DNA of 64,000 bases from Smithellaceae bacterium. GTDB lineage: Bacteria; Desulfobacterota; Syntrophia; Syntrophales; Smithellaceae. The notes under the pieces are model-generated. The model saw only the letters and a list, made by a program, of their open reading frames with translations, searched no databases and was not told the origin of the DNA. Position numbers and translations under genes: made by a program. The stretch covers positions 32,001-96,000 of the forward strand of contig CAXXVL010000001.1 in NCBI GenBank assembly GCA_963667845.2. Direction: 5' to 3'. This document shows positions 38,797 to 47,899 of the stretch, piece by piece. Numbering within the stretch: the stretch's first letter is position 1; each line of letters opens with the position of its first letter.

Positions 38797-39165
38797 ATCC
38801 TTAGCAACACTTCTTTCCTTTTTTCTATTTTAATCCTTACTTTGGTAAAAGTTTGATTATTACGTTTGATAAGACATTATTTATGTCGCAATAAGCACGA
38901 ACTCTACTTCAGGATGCCTGGGCTATTTTGCGCATCATGATCACTACAAGAATCAGGCCTCTTTCAATCGATAATCATCAATATTATTTATGCTATGGGG
39001 ATGAGGATAAACAGGTGGCGGCAGTAAGCTGTGCCTCCCGTAACTGATCTGTCCCGAAACTTTCATCAGCGCAAAGCGGCAAATCTTCACCGTCGAACCT
39101 TCGCATGATGAGCGTTCTGAATTGCTGATTATTTTGGATGGAACGGAATGATCAAAGAGCGTCCG

Positions 39166-40149
39166 TCAGAAAAAGCAAAAATGATTTTTCCCCTGGGCTC
39201 TTTTGATTCTGTACATCGCCATATCGGCGTTGCGGATCAGGGTGTCCGAATCTTCACCGTTTTGCGGAAACAGCGCGATGCCGATGCTGAAGTTGACCTT
39301 GATCCTGAGTGGCGGATTGCCGAGCAATACGGGCTCCTGAAATCTTTCAAAAAGATTGCCCACGATATTCTCAATGTGGTCCTTCTGGGAGACATCCGTC
39401 AGGAGAATTAAAAACTCGTCGCCGCCGATCCGGGCAATGGTGTCATTTTCACGCCGGATAACTTCCTTGAGCCTGTTGGCGATCTCAACGAGCAGGGCGT
39501 CTCCGACCAGATGGCCGTGGACGTCATTGACGTCCTTGAATTCATCCAGATCGAGAAACAGCAAAGCCAGCTGACCGCTTCTTCGTTTGGCCGTGACGAT
39601 GGCCTGCTCCAGACGGTCCATCATCAGCATGCGGTTGGCAAGCCCCGTCAGCGGATCGTTATAGGCGAGCTGGATGACCCGCCCTTCGGTCAGATCAACA
39701 AAATTGCCCAGGACGGCCCGTTTTTCATTCATGTGGATGAGGGCGACGGAACCCATGATCCATTTGATTTTATCCTGCTGGGTCATCACGCGGAACATGA
39801 AGAAAGATTGGGTCTCGCCCTTGAGCATGGCTTCGACGCTCTTCCTTGCATGCTCCCGGTCTTCTGCGTAAACGATATCCAGAGGAGACATGTCCCGGAG
39901 CTGCTTGGGGGAAAATCCGAAAGTTTCCGTAAATGCCTTATTGGTATAAATCAATCTGTGCTTCTGAATGATGCAGATGCCGAAAGGAGAAAGGTTCAGC
40001 ATGATCTGGATAAACTCGTTCAATTCATGAACCTGCTTGGCGGCGGAGGAAAATTGGATCTGCAGCCGCTTGTTTTCACCGGCCATCCTGTTGAGTTGGT
40101 CCTCAAGATCTGTCGGGGTAATTTTTATGTGCTCCGATTTGACAGACAC
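39166..40149 (-). CDS. PAS-GGDEF diguanylate cyclase
   Basis: Coiled coil + PAS; DPLTGLANR, DLDEFK.VND..GH..GD, RxxD I-site (REND), intact GGDEF. Confidence 0.95.
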   Translation of the reverse strand: MSVKSEHIKITPTDLEDQLNRMAGENKRLQIQFSSAAKQVHELNEFIQIMLNLSPFGICIIQKHRLIYTNKAFTETFGFSPKQLRDMSPLDIVYAEDREHARKSVEAMLKGETQSFFMFRVMTQQDKIKWIMGSVALIHMNEKRAVLGNFVDLTEGRVIQLAYNDPLTGLANRMLMMDRLEQAIVTAKRRSGQLALLFLDLDEFKDVNDVHGHLVGDALLVEIANRLKEVIRRENDTIARIGGDEFLILLTDVSQKDHIENIVGNLFERFQEPVLLGNPPLRIKVNFSIGIALFPQNGEDSDTLIRNADMAMYRIKRAQGKNHFCFF

Positions 40150-40266
40150 AGCAAAAGCGCCTTTCCTGATGTTCTTGCCGCTGCAAGATTTCAGCGTGAT
40201 GGAAATATTCTACACCACTTTGCCCGAATAGCCAAGGCCGGGGATGCATCCCGGGGGCCGCGTGAA

Positions 40267-40300
40267 AACCCCCGTTTCCCGGCAAAAGGAAGCGGGGGTT
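40267..40300. terminator. Stem-loop downstream of gap-like gene
   Basis: AACCCCCGTTTCC-loop-GGAAGCGGGGGTT. Confidence 0.55.
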
Positions 40301-40324
40301 ACACATTCTCCATTTGTTTATCGC

Positions 40325-41596
40325 TTATTGAATATTCTTGTGGATGTAGACGGTCAAATCGCCCAGTCGGTTCGTATAGCTGCCGTACTCGTTGTCATAC
40401 CAGCCGAAGATCTTGGCATGGACCACCGGGACCTGCAGCATTTTCCCGCCGATGGTCTGGAGAACGCCCGCCGGCAGATTCGGAATATGCGACAGATCAA
40501 CCGGGATAAAGGCCGTGCGGGTATGATTGAACTGGCCTTCGATAATTACCGCCGCGTCTTCGCCGATCAGGTCGGTGGATACGTTTTGCTGCATGGTGAA
40601 CCGGACCAGAGGATTGTTTTGGGCAATCTTCTCGTAAATATCATTGAGCTTCTTCGTGTCAATATTCGCAGCATCGCCTTTGCCGTTGGGCCGCGCCTGA
40701 AACGTTGCGTTCAGGATGATCAGCGAAAGGGTATTGGTCGGCACGCGGATGGAATCGCCCATGAACCCGATATTCTTGACTTCCGGAATAACCTCCATCA
40801 GTGCCTTCGCGGCGCCCGTCGAGGTCAGGATAATATTGTTCAGAATGCTGCGCGTCTTGCGGATGTCTTTTTCTCCCGCCTTGGGCAGTTTATCCAGAAC
40901 GCTCTGGGTGTTGGTGACGGCGTGGATCGTGGACATGGACGCCGTCAAAATCGTGCTGGTTTCCTCATTATCCAGAAGCGGCTTCACCATGTGGGCAAGC
41001 CCCGTTGTGGTGCAGGACGCCGCGGAAACAAGCAGATGCTGCTTGCGATTGAAAGCCGTGTGATTGATGCCGTAAATCAGGGTGGTGGTGTCGTCCGGTG
41101 TGGCCACGCCTTTGTTTTTGATCTTGAACGGTGCGGAATGGACCACCACCTTGGCGCCGCCGTTTAAATGGCCCCGGATCGAACCTTTTTTGTCGTCGGC
41201 GGAAACGGTCGGGTCTTTAAAATTTCCGCTGCAGTCCACAACAATATCCGCGCCGTATTGACGCCACGGAATATTAAGCGGGTTTCTCTGCTCACGCAGA
41301 ATGGTCACCGGCACGCCGTCGATAAGCAGTTTGCCGTTCTTTTCGTCCGTAATTTGTACGCAAGGCTTTGCTTTATAGCCATAGAGAAACCGGTGGAGCA
41401 AACCGTAAGTGGCGTCCGTTTCTATCAGCCGGGCGATGGTTTCCATTCCCACTCCCACATCGCGGCCCTGGTTGACGACGATCTCCTTGAAATACTTCCT
41501 GCCGACGTGATGCCAGAGTGTCAGCTTGCCGATTCGTCCGAGACTGTTAATGCCGAGTACCGGCCCTTTGCTTTCCTTCGTGCTGCTGTTGGTCAT
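40325..41596 (-). CDS. gap: Glyceraldehyde-3-phosphate dehydrogenase family protein (long, divergent type)
   Basis: GINSLGRIG, DCSG, SAASCTT, STIHA.T..Q, TSTGAAKA, RVPT, WYDNE.G. Confidence 0.85.
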   Translation of the reverse strand: MTNSSTKESKGPVLGINSLGRIGKLTLWHHVGRKYFKEIVVNQGRDVGVGMETIARLIETDATYGLLHRFLYGYKAKPCVQITDEKNGKLLIDGVPVTILREQRNPLNIPWRQYGADIVVDCSGNFKDPTVSADDKKGSIRGHLNGGAKVVVHSAPFKIKNKGVATPDDTTTLIYGINHTAFNRKQHLLVSAASCTTTGLAHMVKPLLDNEETSTILTASMSTIHAVTNTQSVLDKLPKAGEKDIRKTRSILNNIILTSTGAAKALMEVIPEVKNIGFMGDSIRVPTNTLSLIILNATFQARPNGKGDAANIDTKKLNDIYEKIAQNNPLVRFTMQQNVSTDLIGEDAAVIIEGQFNHTRTAFIPVDLSHIPNLPAGVLQTIGGKMLQVPVVHAKIFGWYDNEYGSYTNRLGDLTVYIHKNIQ

Positions 41597-41917
41597 GATA
41601 TATTTCCTCCTTTACCCCCGTGACGGCGGGAATGATTTCTGTAGTGATTAAGGGATGAATGGCGCATAGATTCCCAATGACTGTTACGGAGTGTAAATTC
41701 GTATAAACATTGAGCAAAGCCGAAATTCATAATTCATTGAGGTCATTTGGGAAGACCGGAACTCTCTTACCGGAAAGCGCCGCCAAAGTCAAGAGCGTAA
41801 TGGATAAATGTAGTCATATCAATTGCATATAATGCCTGACGGTGAGGATCAAGCCGCAGGGACACGCGGGCGGATTTGCGCGGGCGAAATCATTACAAGC
41901 TGGCCGGGATCGCTCCT

Positions 41918-42244
41918 TCAGGTGCAACAGCCGCCGCTTTTGATGGTTACGGTCTTGCTGGTTTGCGGTCCGCAGCAGCATTCCCCGCCGTTTTTCCCCA
42001 GCATGCCGTTAATGACGGCGGCAGCGCAGCCGACGCCGGCTTCCACCCCGATGGCCAACGCGGGGCAATTCCGGCTGCAGGCGCCGCATTCCATGCAGGC
42101 GTCGCGGTTAATGACCTGCACGTTCTTCCCGTTCATTTTGAAAACGCCGTGGGGACAAACCTCGAGGCACATACCGCAGCCGGTGCATTTTTGTGTGTCC
42201 AGTGCCAGTGTTACAACATCTTTCAGATAAATCATGTTTCCCAT
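41918..42244 (-). CDS. hgcB: Mercury methylation ferredoxin HgcB
   Basis: Two CX2CX2CX3CP motifs, diagnostic CMECGAC, GVGCA, Cys-rich tail; immediately downstream of hgcA. Confidence 0.96.
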   Translation of the reverse strand: MGNMIYLKDVVTLALDTQKCTGCGMCLEVCPHGVFKMNGKNVQVINRDACMECGACSRNCPALAIGVEAGVGCAAAVINGMLGKNGGECCCGPQTSKTVTIKSGGCCT

Positions 42245-42248
42245 ATTA

Positions 42249-43424
42249 CTATTCCCATCCAAGAATTAATGATGTTATCCAGACCGCCAGACCGAGAACT
42301 CCGGCGCTTATTTCCAGAGGCAGTGCAAACCGCATTTCCTTTTTCACGCCGGAAAGCGACGTATAGGTCGAGGCGCCCGTAAAATTCATGGCCAGATAGG
42401 CGGCGATGGCCGGAATGATCATCAGCCAGGCCAGAGCCTCCACCCGGCCCGCCCAGAAGTGGACGTCGGTGCCTCTCATGATAATCAGCGCCAGAGCCGT
42501 CAGCAATCCGATAAAGAGCCCCTTGACGGAGAAGGCTCGTCCGGGCAGCCAGGGCAGCAAAAGCGGACTCAATATGGCTCCGGCAACGATGGCTAAGAAA
42601 AACGCCAGGACGGCCACAAGACCGTCATGAAGCATGTTGGTTAAAAATCCGGCTCGTCCCAGTATGCCTGCCCCAAGCAAAAGTGCAAGCGAAATGAGCA
42701 CAAAAGGCTTAACCACAGCCGTAAGTTCAATCGGGATGAGCACGGCCCGTTCAGCAAGCGGAAATGTGACCCGCCGCATCGCTTCGTCAGCCGTGAGTCC
42801 TGCATCCAGATAGGCCGGTAAATCCTCGGCGCGCACCGGACCGAAATAGACCTTGAAACCGGAGAACTTTTTGATCTGATGGGCGGCGACGCCGGGAGCT
42901 CCCAGTTGCGGGAGAATGATTTTCTTATGGTTGACCACAAGAGCAAGGCCTGTCGCCTGAATTCTCTTTAAGAGTTCCTGCGTGCCGAATGTGCCTTTGC
43001 CTGCCGCGCACCAGACATTGATGCCCTTGGTGTCCAAAACCAGGATCCAGGCACTCCGTCCGGGCAGGGCGTGCCGAAGCCTATCAAAGCTCATCTTATA
43101 ATTAGCCGTGACCAGAACGGGCGCCTGCTCATCGGGTTCGCCCAGAGCATAAAGCCCGGGATTGATTGCGTAGTTCATTCTGAATACGCCGAACCGGGCT
43201 TTGATCGTCCCCCATCGATCCTGACGCGTTAAGAGCGACGTCACTTTCGGCACCGGACCCGCGGGGGTTGAAATCGATCCCGAAACAAAAGGCTGATCCA
43301 GGCTGGAGATTGAATTTGCTTCGTCGATCGCCGTATCCGGGCCGCAGCCGCAGCTTGCCTGCTCCTGAATGACCGGGAACTCAAATTGATAGGCGGCAGG
43401 AACACTTTTTTTATTTTCTTCCAT
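42249..43424 (-). CDS. hgcA: Mercury methylation corrinoid protein HgcA
   Basis: Cap-helix GINVWCAAGKG, PVLVTANYKMSFD, LPQLGAPGV, GPVRA; C-terminal TM domain ending NFTGASTYTSLSGVKKE. Confidence 0.98.
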   Translation of the reverse strand: MEENKKSVPAAYQFEFPVIQEQASCGCGPDTAIDEANSISSLDQPFVSGSISTPAGPVPKVTSLLTRQDRWGTIKARFGVFRMNYAINPGLYALGEPDEQAPVLVTANYKMSFDRLRHALPGRSAWILVLDTKGINVWCAAGKGTFGTQELLKRIQATGLALVVNHKKIILPQLGAPGVAAHQIKKFSGFKVYFGPVRAEDLPAYLDAGLTADEAMRRVTFPLAERAVLIPIELTAVVKPFVLISLALLLGAGILGRAGFLTNMLHDGLVAVLAFFLAIVAGAILSPLLLPWLPGRAFSVKGLFIGLLTALALIIMRGTDVHFWAGRVEALAWLMIIPAIAAYLAMNFTGASTYTSLSGVKKEMRFALPLEISAGVLGLAVWITSLILGWE

Positions 43425-43439
43425 AGTAGTCCTCGATAA

Positions 43440-43901
43440 CTATTTACAACAATTACAGATACCCGCCGCATTTCTTACGGCGCCCAAAAAAGTCTGCACG
43501 GATTTCATAATATCTCCGCTCTCATCCGCCGGCAGATTCAATGCTACTTTATTAAAGAAGCCTTCCAGGCAGAGGTGAACATCTTGATGAACCGCACGGC
43601 CTTCTTTCGTCAGCGTCAGTATAAACGCTCTGGAATCACGGCCGGACCGCTCCCGCGTGAGGAGTCCTTTTTGAAGCAGCGGATTCAGCAGACGGGTCGT
43701 TGTGCTTTTTTCAACCGAGAGAAGCCGATGCAAATCCGAGATATTCACTTCATTTTGTTTAAACACGGCGTCCAGGATGATGAATTGATGGAAGGTGACC
43801 CCTCCGCAAAAGGCCGTATCCTGCCTGCAGCAGCGTGTTGCCTGGGACAACCCGATAAACAGATCCATCATTGCATCGTGACTGAAAGCCGTCTTTTTCA
43901 T
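43440..43901 (-). CDS. Cys-rich MarR-family transcriptional regulator
   Basis: wHTH (LSVEKSTTTRLL..L..KGLL.R...DSR....LT.EG); N-term RCCRQDTAFC, C-term CNCCK. ATG 43901 chosen from promoter geometry. Confidence 0.9.
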   Translation of the reverse strand: MKKTAFSHDAMMDLFIGLSQATRCCRQDTAFCGGVTFHQFIILDAVFKQNEVNISDLHRLLSVEKSTTTRLLNPLLQKGLLTRERSGRDSRAFILTLTKEGRAVHQDVHLCLEGFFNKVALNLPADESGDIMKSVQTFLGAVRNAAGICNCCK

Positions 43902-43905
43902 AATG

Positions 43906-43938
43906 GTTGTAATATACAACTACATAGGTTTTTGTCAA
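43906..43938 (-). promoter_or_regulatory. sigma70 promoter with overlapping palindromic operator candidate for marR-hgcAB
   Basis: Minus strand TTGACA(43938-43933)-16 nt-TATATT(43916-43911); inverted repeat GTTGTA-N3-TACAAC at 43906-43920 covers the -10. Confidence 0.7.
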
Positions 43939-44083
43939 GGGCAAATTTAAAGGACGTCCAGCTTTAGGTGAGGGAGATCACAGACGGGGCAATTATCATT
44001 TGAATATTAGAATAAAAATGTTATTGTTTAATGGATTAAAGAAGCACTTTTTACGTGCAAAACCGATGAGAGGAAAGGGATGA

Positions 44084-44536
44084 ATGATGACGACGCATGC
44101 CGAAAAAGCTGAAGCAAAATTTATGGAAGGTTATAATTGCGCCCAATCGGTCTTGTTTTCCTTTTGTGACGAACTGGGTCTTACCGCCGACCTGGCATTG
44201 AAGCTTTCCTGCGGTTTCGGCGGCGGCATGGGACGCCAGGGAGAGGTGTGCGGCGCCGTATCCGGAGGCATTCTGGTCCTGGGGTTGAAATTCGGTCGGG
44301 GCGAAAATGATAAACGCATCGAAACGGATGCGACCTACCTGAAAGTCCGCGAATTTATGAAACGGTTTTCAGACAGACATGGTTCCTGCATTTGCCGGGA
44401 ATTATTAGAGGGTTGCGATCTCGCCACCCCGGACGGGCAGGCATATTTTCATGAAAGCGAATTTTTCAATCTGATTTGCCGGCCGTGTGTGCGTGATGCC
44501 GCGGCAATGATCGCAGATATCATCGCCTCGAAATAA
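44084..44536 (+). CDS. C-GCAxxG-C-C family putative redox protein
   Basis: GYNCAQS, GFGGGMG...VCGAVSGG, CIC.EL, C..CV. Confidence 0.92.
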   Translation: MMTTHAEKAEAKFMEGYNCAQSVLFSFCDELGLTADLALKLSCGFGGGMGRQGEVCGAVSGGILVLGLKFGRGENDKRIETDATYLKVREFMKRFSDRHGSCICRELLEGCDLATPDGQAYFHESEFFNLICRPCVRDAAAMIADIIASK

Positions 44537-44569
44537 ATGCATAAACCGATAATTGAGCCGCGGAGGAAG

Positions 44570-45451
44570 ATGATGAAATGCTTTTTGGAAAAGATCGCTC
44601 TGGGGGTGATGATTGTCCTTCTATCGGTCGCCGGGGCAGGGGCCCAGAGCTCCGTCTGGGCCGTAAAAGGTGCTAAGGCCACGGTTTACCTGGCCGGCTC
44701 CTGCCACGTCCTCAGGGCGTCCGACCATCCGCTTCCGGCTCCGTTTGAGACGGCCTATGCCGATTCCCGCAGAATCATCTTCGAAGCGCCGCCCGGTGAT
44801 CTGGAAGCGGCCGAGTACCTGCAAAAGCTTATGACGGTCGCAATGTATCCGGACGGGACGACGCTTAGACAGCACGTGGCGCCTGCCGTTTATGCCAAAG
44901 CGGAAAAATTCTGTAAAGAGCGCGGTTACCCGTTCGACCAGTATCAGATGCTTCGCCCCTGGATGCTGTCGATGATGCTGACCATGCAGGAGCTCTCCCG
45001 TCTGGGAGTGGAAGCCCAATACGGCGTTGACCATTTCTATTATCAGAAAGCGCTCGGGGATAGGAAATCCATCGGCGGGCTGGAAACAGCCGATGAGCAA
45101 CTCGGGTTTTTGAGTGCGATGGACGGCAGCATTGGCAACGAGCAGGTGAGTGAAACCATCGATGACCTCACTGAACTGAACACTAAATTAGCGGATATCC
45201 TGAACGCCTGGCGCAGAGGCGATGAAGCCGGAATCGAAGCCGTTAATCTGCGTGAACTGAAAAATTATCCGCAATTATATGCGCTGCTGATTGTGGACCG
45301 CAATAAGAAGTGGTTGCCGAAGATTGAAGGCGCACTTGGCGGAAACGCCAACACGATGGTCATTGTCGGGGTGGCCCATCTGGCCGGTCGCGACAGCGTC
45401 ATCGATCTTTTACGCAAGCGCGGGTTTAAGGTCGTTCAACTGAAGAGGTAG
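44570..45451 (+). CDS. TraB/GumN family protein
   Basis: Signal peptide, YLAGS.H, GVD, GLET..EQ, DRN..W, VGVAHL.G..SV..LL...G. Confidence 0.9.
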   Translation: MMKCFLEKIALGVMIVLLSVAGAGAQSSVWAVKGAKATVYLAGSCHVLRASDHPLPAPFETAYADSRRIIFEAPPGDLEAAEYLQKLMTVAMYPDGTTLRQHVAPAVYAKAEKFCKERGYPFDQYQMLRPWMLSMMLTMQELSRLGVEAQYGVDHFYYQKALGDRKSIGGLETADEQLGFLSAMDGSIGNEQVSETIDDLTELNTKLADILNAWRRGDEAGIEAVNLRELKNYPQLYALLIVDRNKKWLPKIEGALGGNANTMVIVGVAHLAGRDSVIDLLRKRGFKVVQLKR

Positions 45452-45711
45452 TCGCGGCAGCCATTGGCACCGGTTAAAGGGTTCAGAAGATAACCACCGG
45501 TTTTTGAAAATCAAATTTGGCGGCTCTGACTTTTGTTGAGGACCGCTGTCCTTCGTCGGTCATTTTCTGTTGACCTTTCATTCCGGCATTATCCTGATAC
45601 CTGCGACAGTCGGCTTCTGCAATCAGCGTTTCAATGCTGTTGCCCGTATTGACCGTCGGGAAAAATCAGGAAACAAGAGATCACCGGCGATTTTGCTGAT
45701 GAGGAGGGAAA

Positions 45712-46503
45712 ATGAAGATACCCATTTATCAGGTAGATGCTTTCACGGCGAAATTGTTTTCCGGCAATCCGGCGGCTGTCTGCCTTCTTGAAGATTGGCC
45801 GGACGATGCAACCTTACAGCATATCGCTCGGGAGAATAACCTGTCGGAGACGGCCTTTCTGGTTCACAGAGGATCGGCAGTCGAGCTGCGCTGGTTTACG
45901 CCGCGTGCGGAAGTGGCTCTGTGCGGCCATGCGACGCTGGCCGCCGCGTATGTTCTCTTTGTATGCAAATCCTGGGAGCAGATGAGCATTCGCTTTATCA
46001 CCCGCTCAAGCGGTGAGCTTATCGTGGTTCAGAAAGGCGATCGTCTGGAGATGGATTTTCCGGCGCGTCCCGCCCATGAAATAACGGCTCCGGCCGGGCT
46101 GGACTCTGCGCTGGGTGTTACGCCCATTCGAGTTTTGTCTTCCGAAGAAGATTTGCTGGTCATCCTGCCCGACGAAACAACCGTGCGCCAGGTGACCCCG
46201 GACTTTCCCGCGCTGGAAAAGATTTCCTGCCGCGGCGTCATTATCAGTGCGCCGGGCGAGCATTGCGACTTTGTCTCGCGCTTTTTTGCGTCCCGCGTGG
46301 GCGTCAATGAAGACCCGGTCACGGGTTCCGCGCACTCGGTGCTCATTCCCTTCTGGGCGGATAAGTTGCAGAAAGAGGATCTTTATGCACTGCAGGTGTC
46401 GGCCCGCGGCGGTGAATTGTTCTGCGGCTATAAAGGCGGGAGGGTAACGATTGCGGGACACGCGGCGCCGTATCTCGAAGGTACGATAACCATAGGAACT
46501 TAA
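45712..46503 (+). CDS. PhzF family isomerase/epimerase
   Basis: QVDAFT..GNPAAV, NLSETAF, RWFTP..EV.LCGHATLA, EDPVTGSAH, SARGG. Confidence 0.95.
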   Translation: MKIPIYQVDAFTAKLFSGNPAAVCLLEDWPDDATLQHIARENNLSETAFLVHRGSAVELRWFTPRAEVALCGHATLAAAYVLFVCKSWEQMSIRFITRSSGELIVVQKGDRLEMDFPARPAHEITAPAGLDSALGVTPIRVLSSEEDLLVILPDETTVRQVTPDFPALEKISCRGVIISAPGEHCDFVSRFFASRVGVNEDPVTGSAHSVLIPFWADKLQKEDLYALQVSARGGELFCGYKGGRVTIAGHAAPYLEGTITIGT

Positions 46504-46807
46504 CGGCTGACCTTCAGATCGGCGGGCCGGCGGGGACGGTTTCATCACGATCAACAACGCCGCCGGATTGCGCGGTGATACCGGTATGGTCGTGAGCGGC
46601 GCCTCCCGGGAATATCTTCAGAATAAGAGTGCCCGCATAAGGATCGCGTTGTGAACACTTCTTCCTGAAGCAAGGCGTGCAGCAATTTTGACGGAAATGC
46701 ATTCTTTCAAACGGTATTCATCTCTTTTCATTTTCTAAAAATTGAATTAGAATTGCACCGAATTTTGGGAAAGACCCAGTAAGTATATTCTTGATTTGGA
46801 GGTCCTT

Positions 46808-47608
46808 ATGAATAAAGACAACATCGACGACATCCGGACTCAGTTTACAAAGCAAGCCAGCGCCTATGCTGCCTCAGCTCAAGCCAGGGATGAAGCTTCC
46901 CATATGATGATTGTCGAACTATGCCAACCGGATCCGGATGCACGCGTTTTGGACGTCGCCTGCGGTCCTGGTTTTTTAACGATGGCCTTTGGTCGGCGAT
47001 GCAAAGAGGTCATCGGTCTGGACGCCACGGATGCCATGCTGTCGATGGCGATGTCAGAAGCCAAGAAGCGTGGCATGGGCAACGTTCGTTTTGAAAAAGG
47101 GATAGCTACAGAGCTACCCTTTCCGTCAGCGAGTTTCGATATTGTCTGCTGTCGGGCTGCATTCCACCATTTTCCTGATCCTAAATTGGTATTGGCGGAA
47201 ATGAGCAGGGTCGTAAAAACTGGCGGCAAAATCGTGATCGCAGATATCGTGACTTCCGAGGACCCAATGGAGGCCGATGTGCATAATGAGATTGAACGTC
47301 TCTGCGATCCGACCCATGTCAAAGCGCTCACGGCGATTGAGTTTCGTAACCTGTTCCGACTGAATAAACTGGATATCATCACTGACCTCCCCGGGCGAAT
47401 CACCTATGATTTAGATGGATGGATTCTTCACGGTGGACCGACTGCGGAAATCGAAACGAAAATCCGGCGGCGGTTCAATGAAGCGTTGGGAAAAGACAAC
47501 ACGGGTTTACGCGTAAGATTCAAAGAGGGGAAAATTCTGTTTACGCACCAGACACTTGTTCTTGTTGCTGTATCCACGTCCGATCCATCTTCATCAATCC
47601 AATTATAG
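46808..47608 (+). CDS. Class I SAM-dependent methyltransferase (UbiE-like)
   Basis: VLDVACGPG, GLD, LPF..ASFD, AFHHF, RVVKTGG; GGAGG RBS. Confidence 0.92.
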   Translation: MNKDNIDDIRTQFTKQASAYAASAQARDEASHMMIVELCQPDPDARVLDVACGPGFLTMAFGRRCKEVIGLDATDAMLSMAMSEAKKRGMGNVRFEKGIATELPFPSASFDIVCCRAAFHHFPDPKLVLAEMSRVVKTGGKIVIADIVTSEDPMEADVHNEIERLCDPTHVKALTAIEFRNLFRLNKLDIITDLPGRITYDLDGWILHGGPTAEIETKIRRRFNEALGKDNTGLRVRFKEGKILFTHQTLVLVAVSTSDPSSSIQL

Positions 47609-47899
47609 AAGGCGGGGGGTGAAGCGAGTCCGCGGTATGAAGACCTGCCGGAAAAAACTCGGAGGGTGCTCAGTACAGCAATGCATAAATTCAAGCAAAT
47701 CACTTCGTCTTTAATATGAACAGTCGATTGTCAGATTCTTCAAAGAGCGAAGTCATTATGTCGGCGTGTATTAACGTCTTCCTGAAGTCAATAAAAATGA
47801 TATTTCCTTCCATATGCACACTTTCAAAGTGTGGATCCTTACCCAATTGTCATTTAGTGATGTTTGAAGTATAATTACGCCCGTTAAGGAGGCATTTCT

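Noticed and set aside
42249..43424. CdhE/AcsC corrinoid Fe-S protein of the Wood-Ljungdahl pathway
   Set aside because: The NVWCAAGK cap helix, C-terminal TM domain and adjacent CMECGA ferredoxin are diagnostic for HgcA.
41890..43460. Selenocysteine recoding in hgcA or hgcB
   Set aside because: There is no in-frame TGA in the HgcA extension. The TGA ending hgcB follows a natural CCT terminus, and no convincing SECIS or conserved read-through was seen.
46517..46654. Possible SDR pseudogene fragment (GGDGFITINNAAGLRG...GAS)
   Set aside because: Only a weak resemblance over ~45 codons, with no start codon and no YxxxK motif; it needs a profile search.
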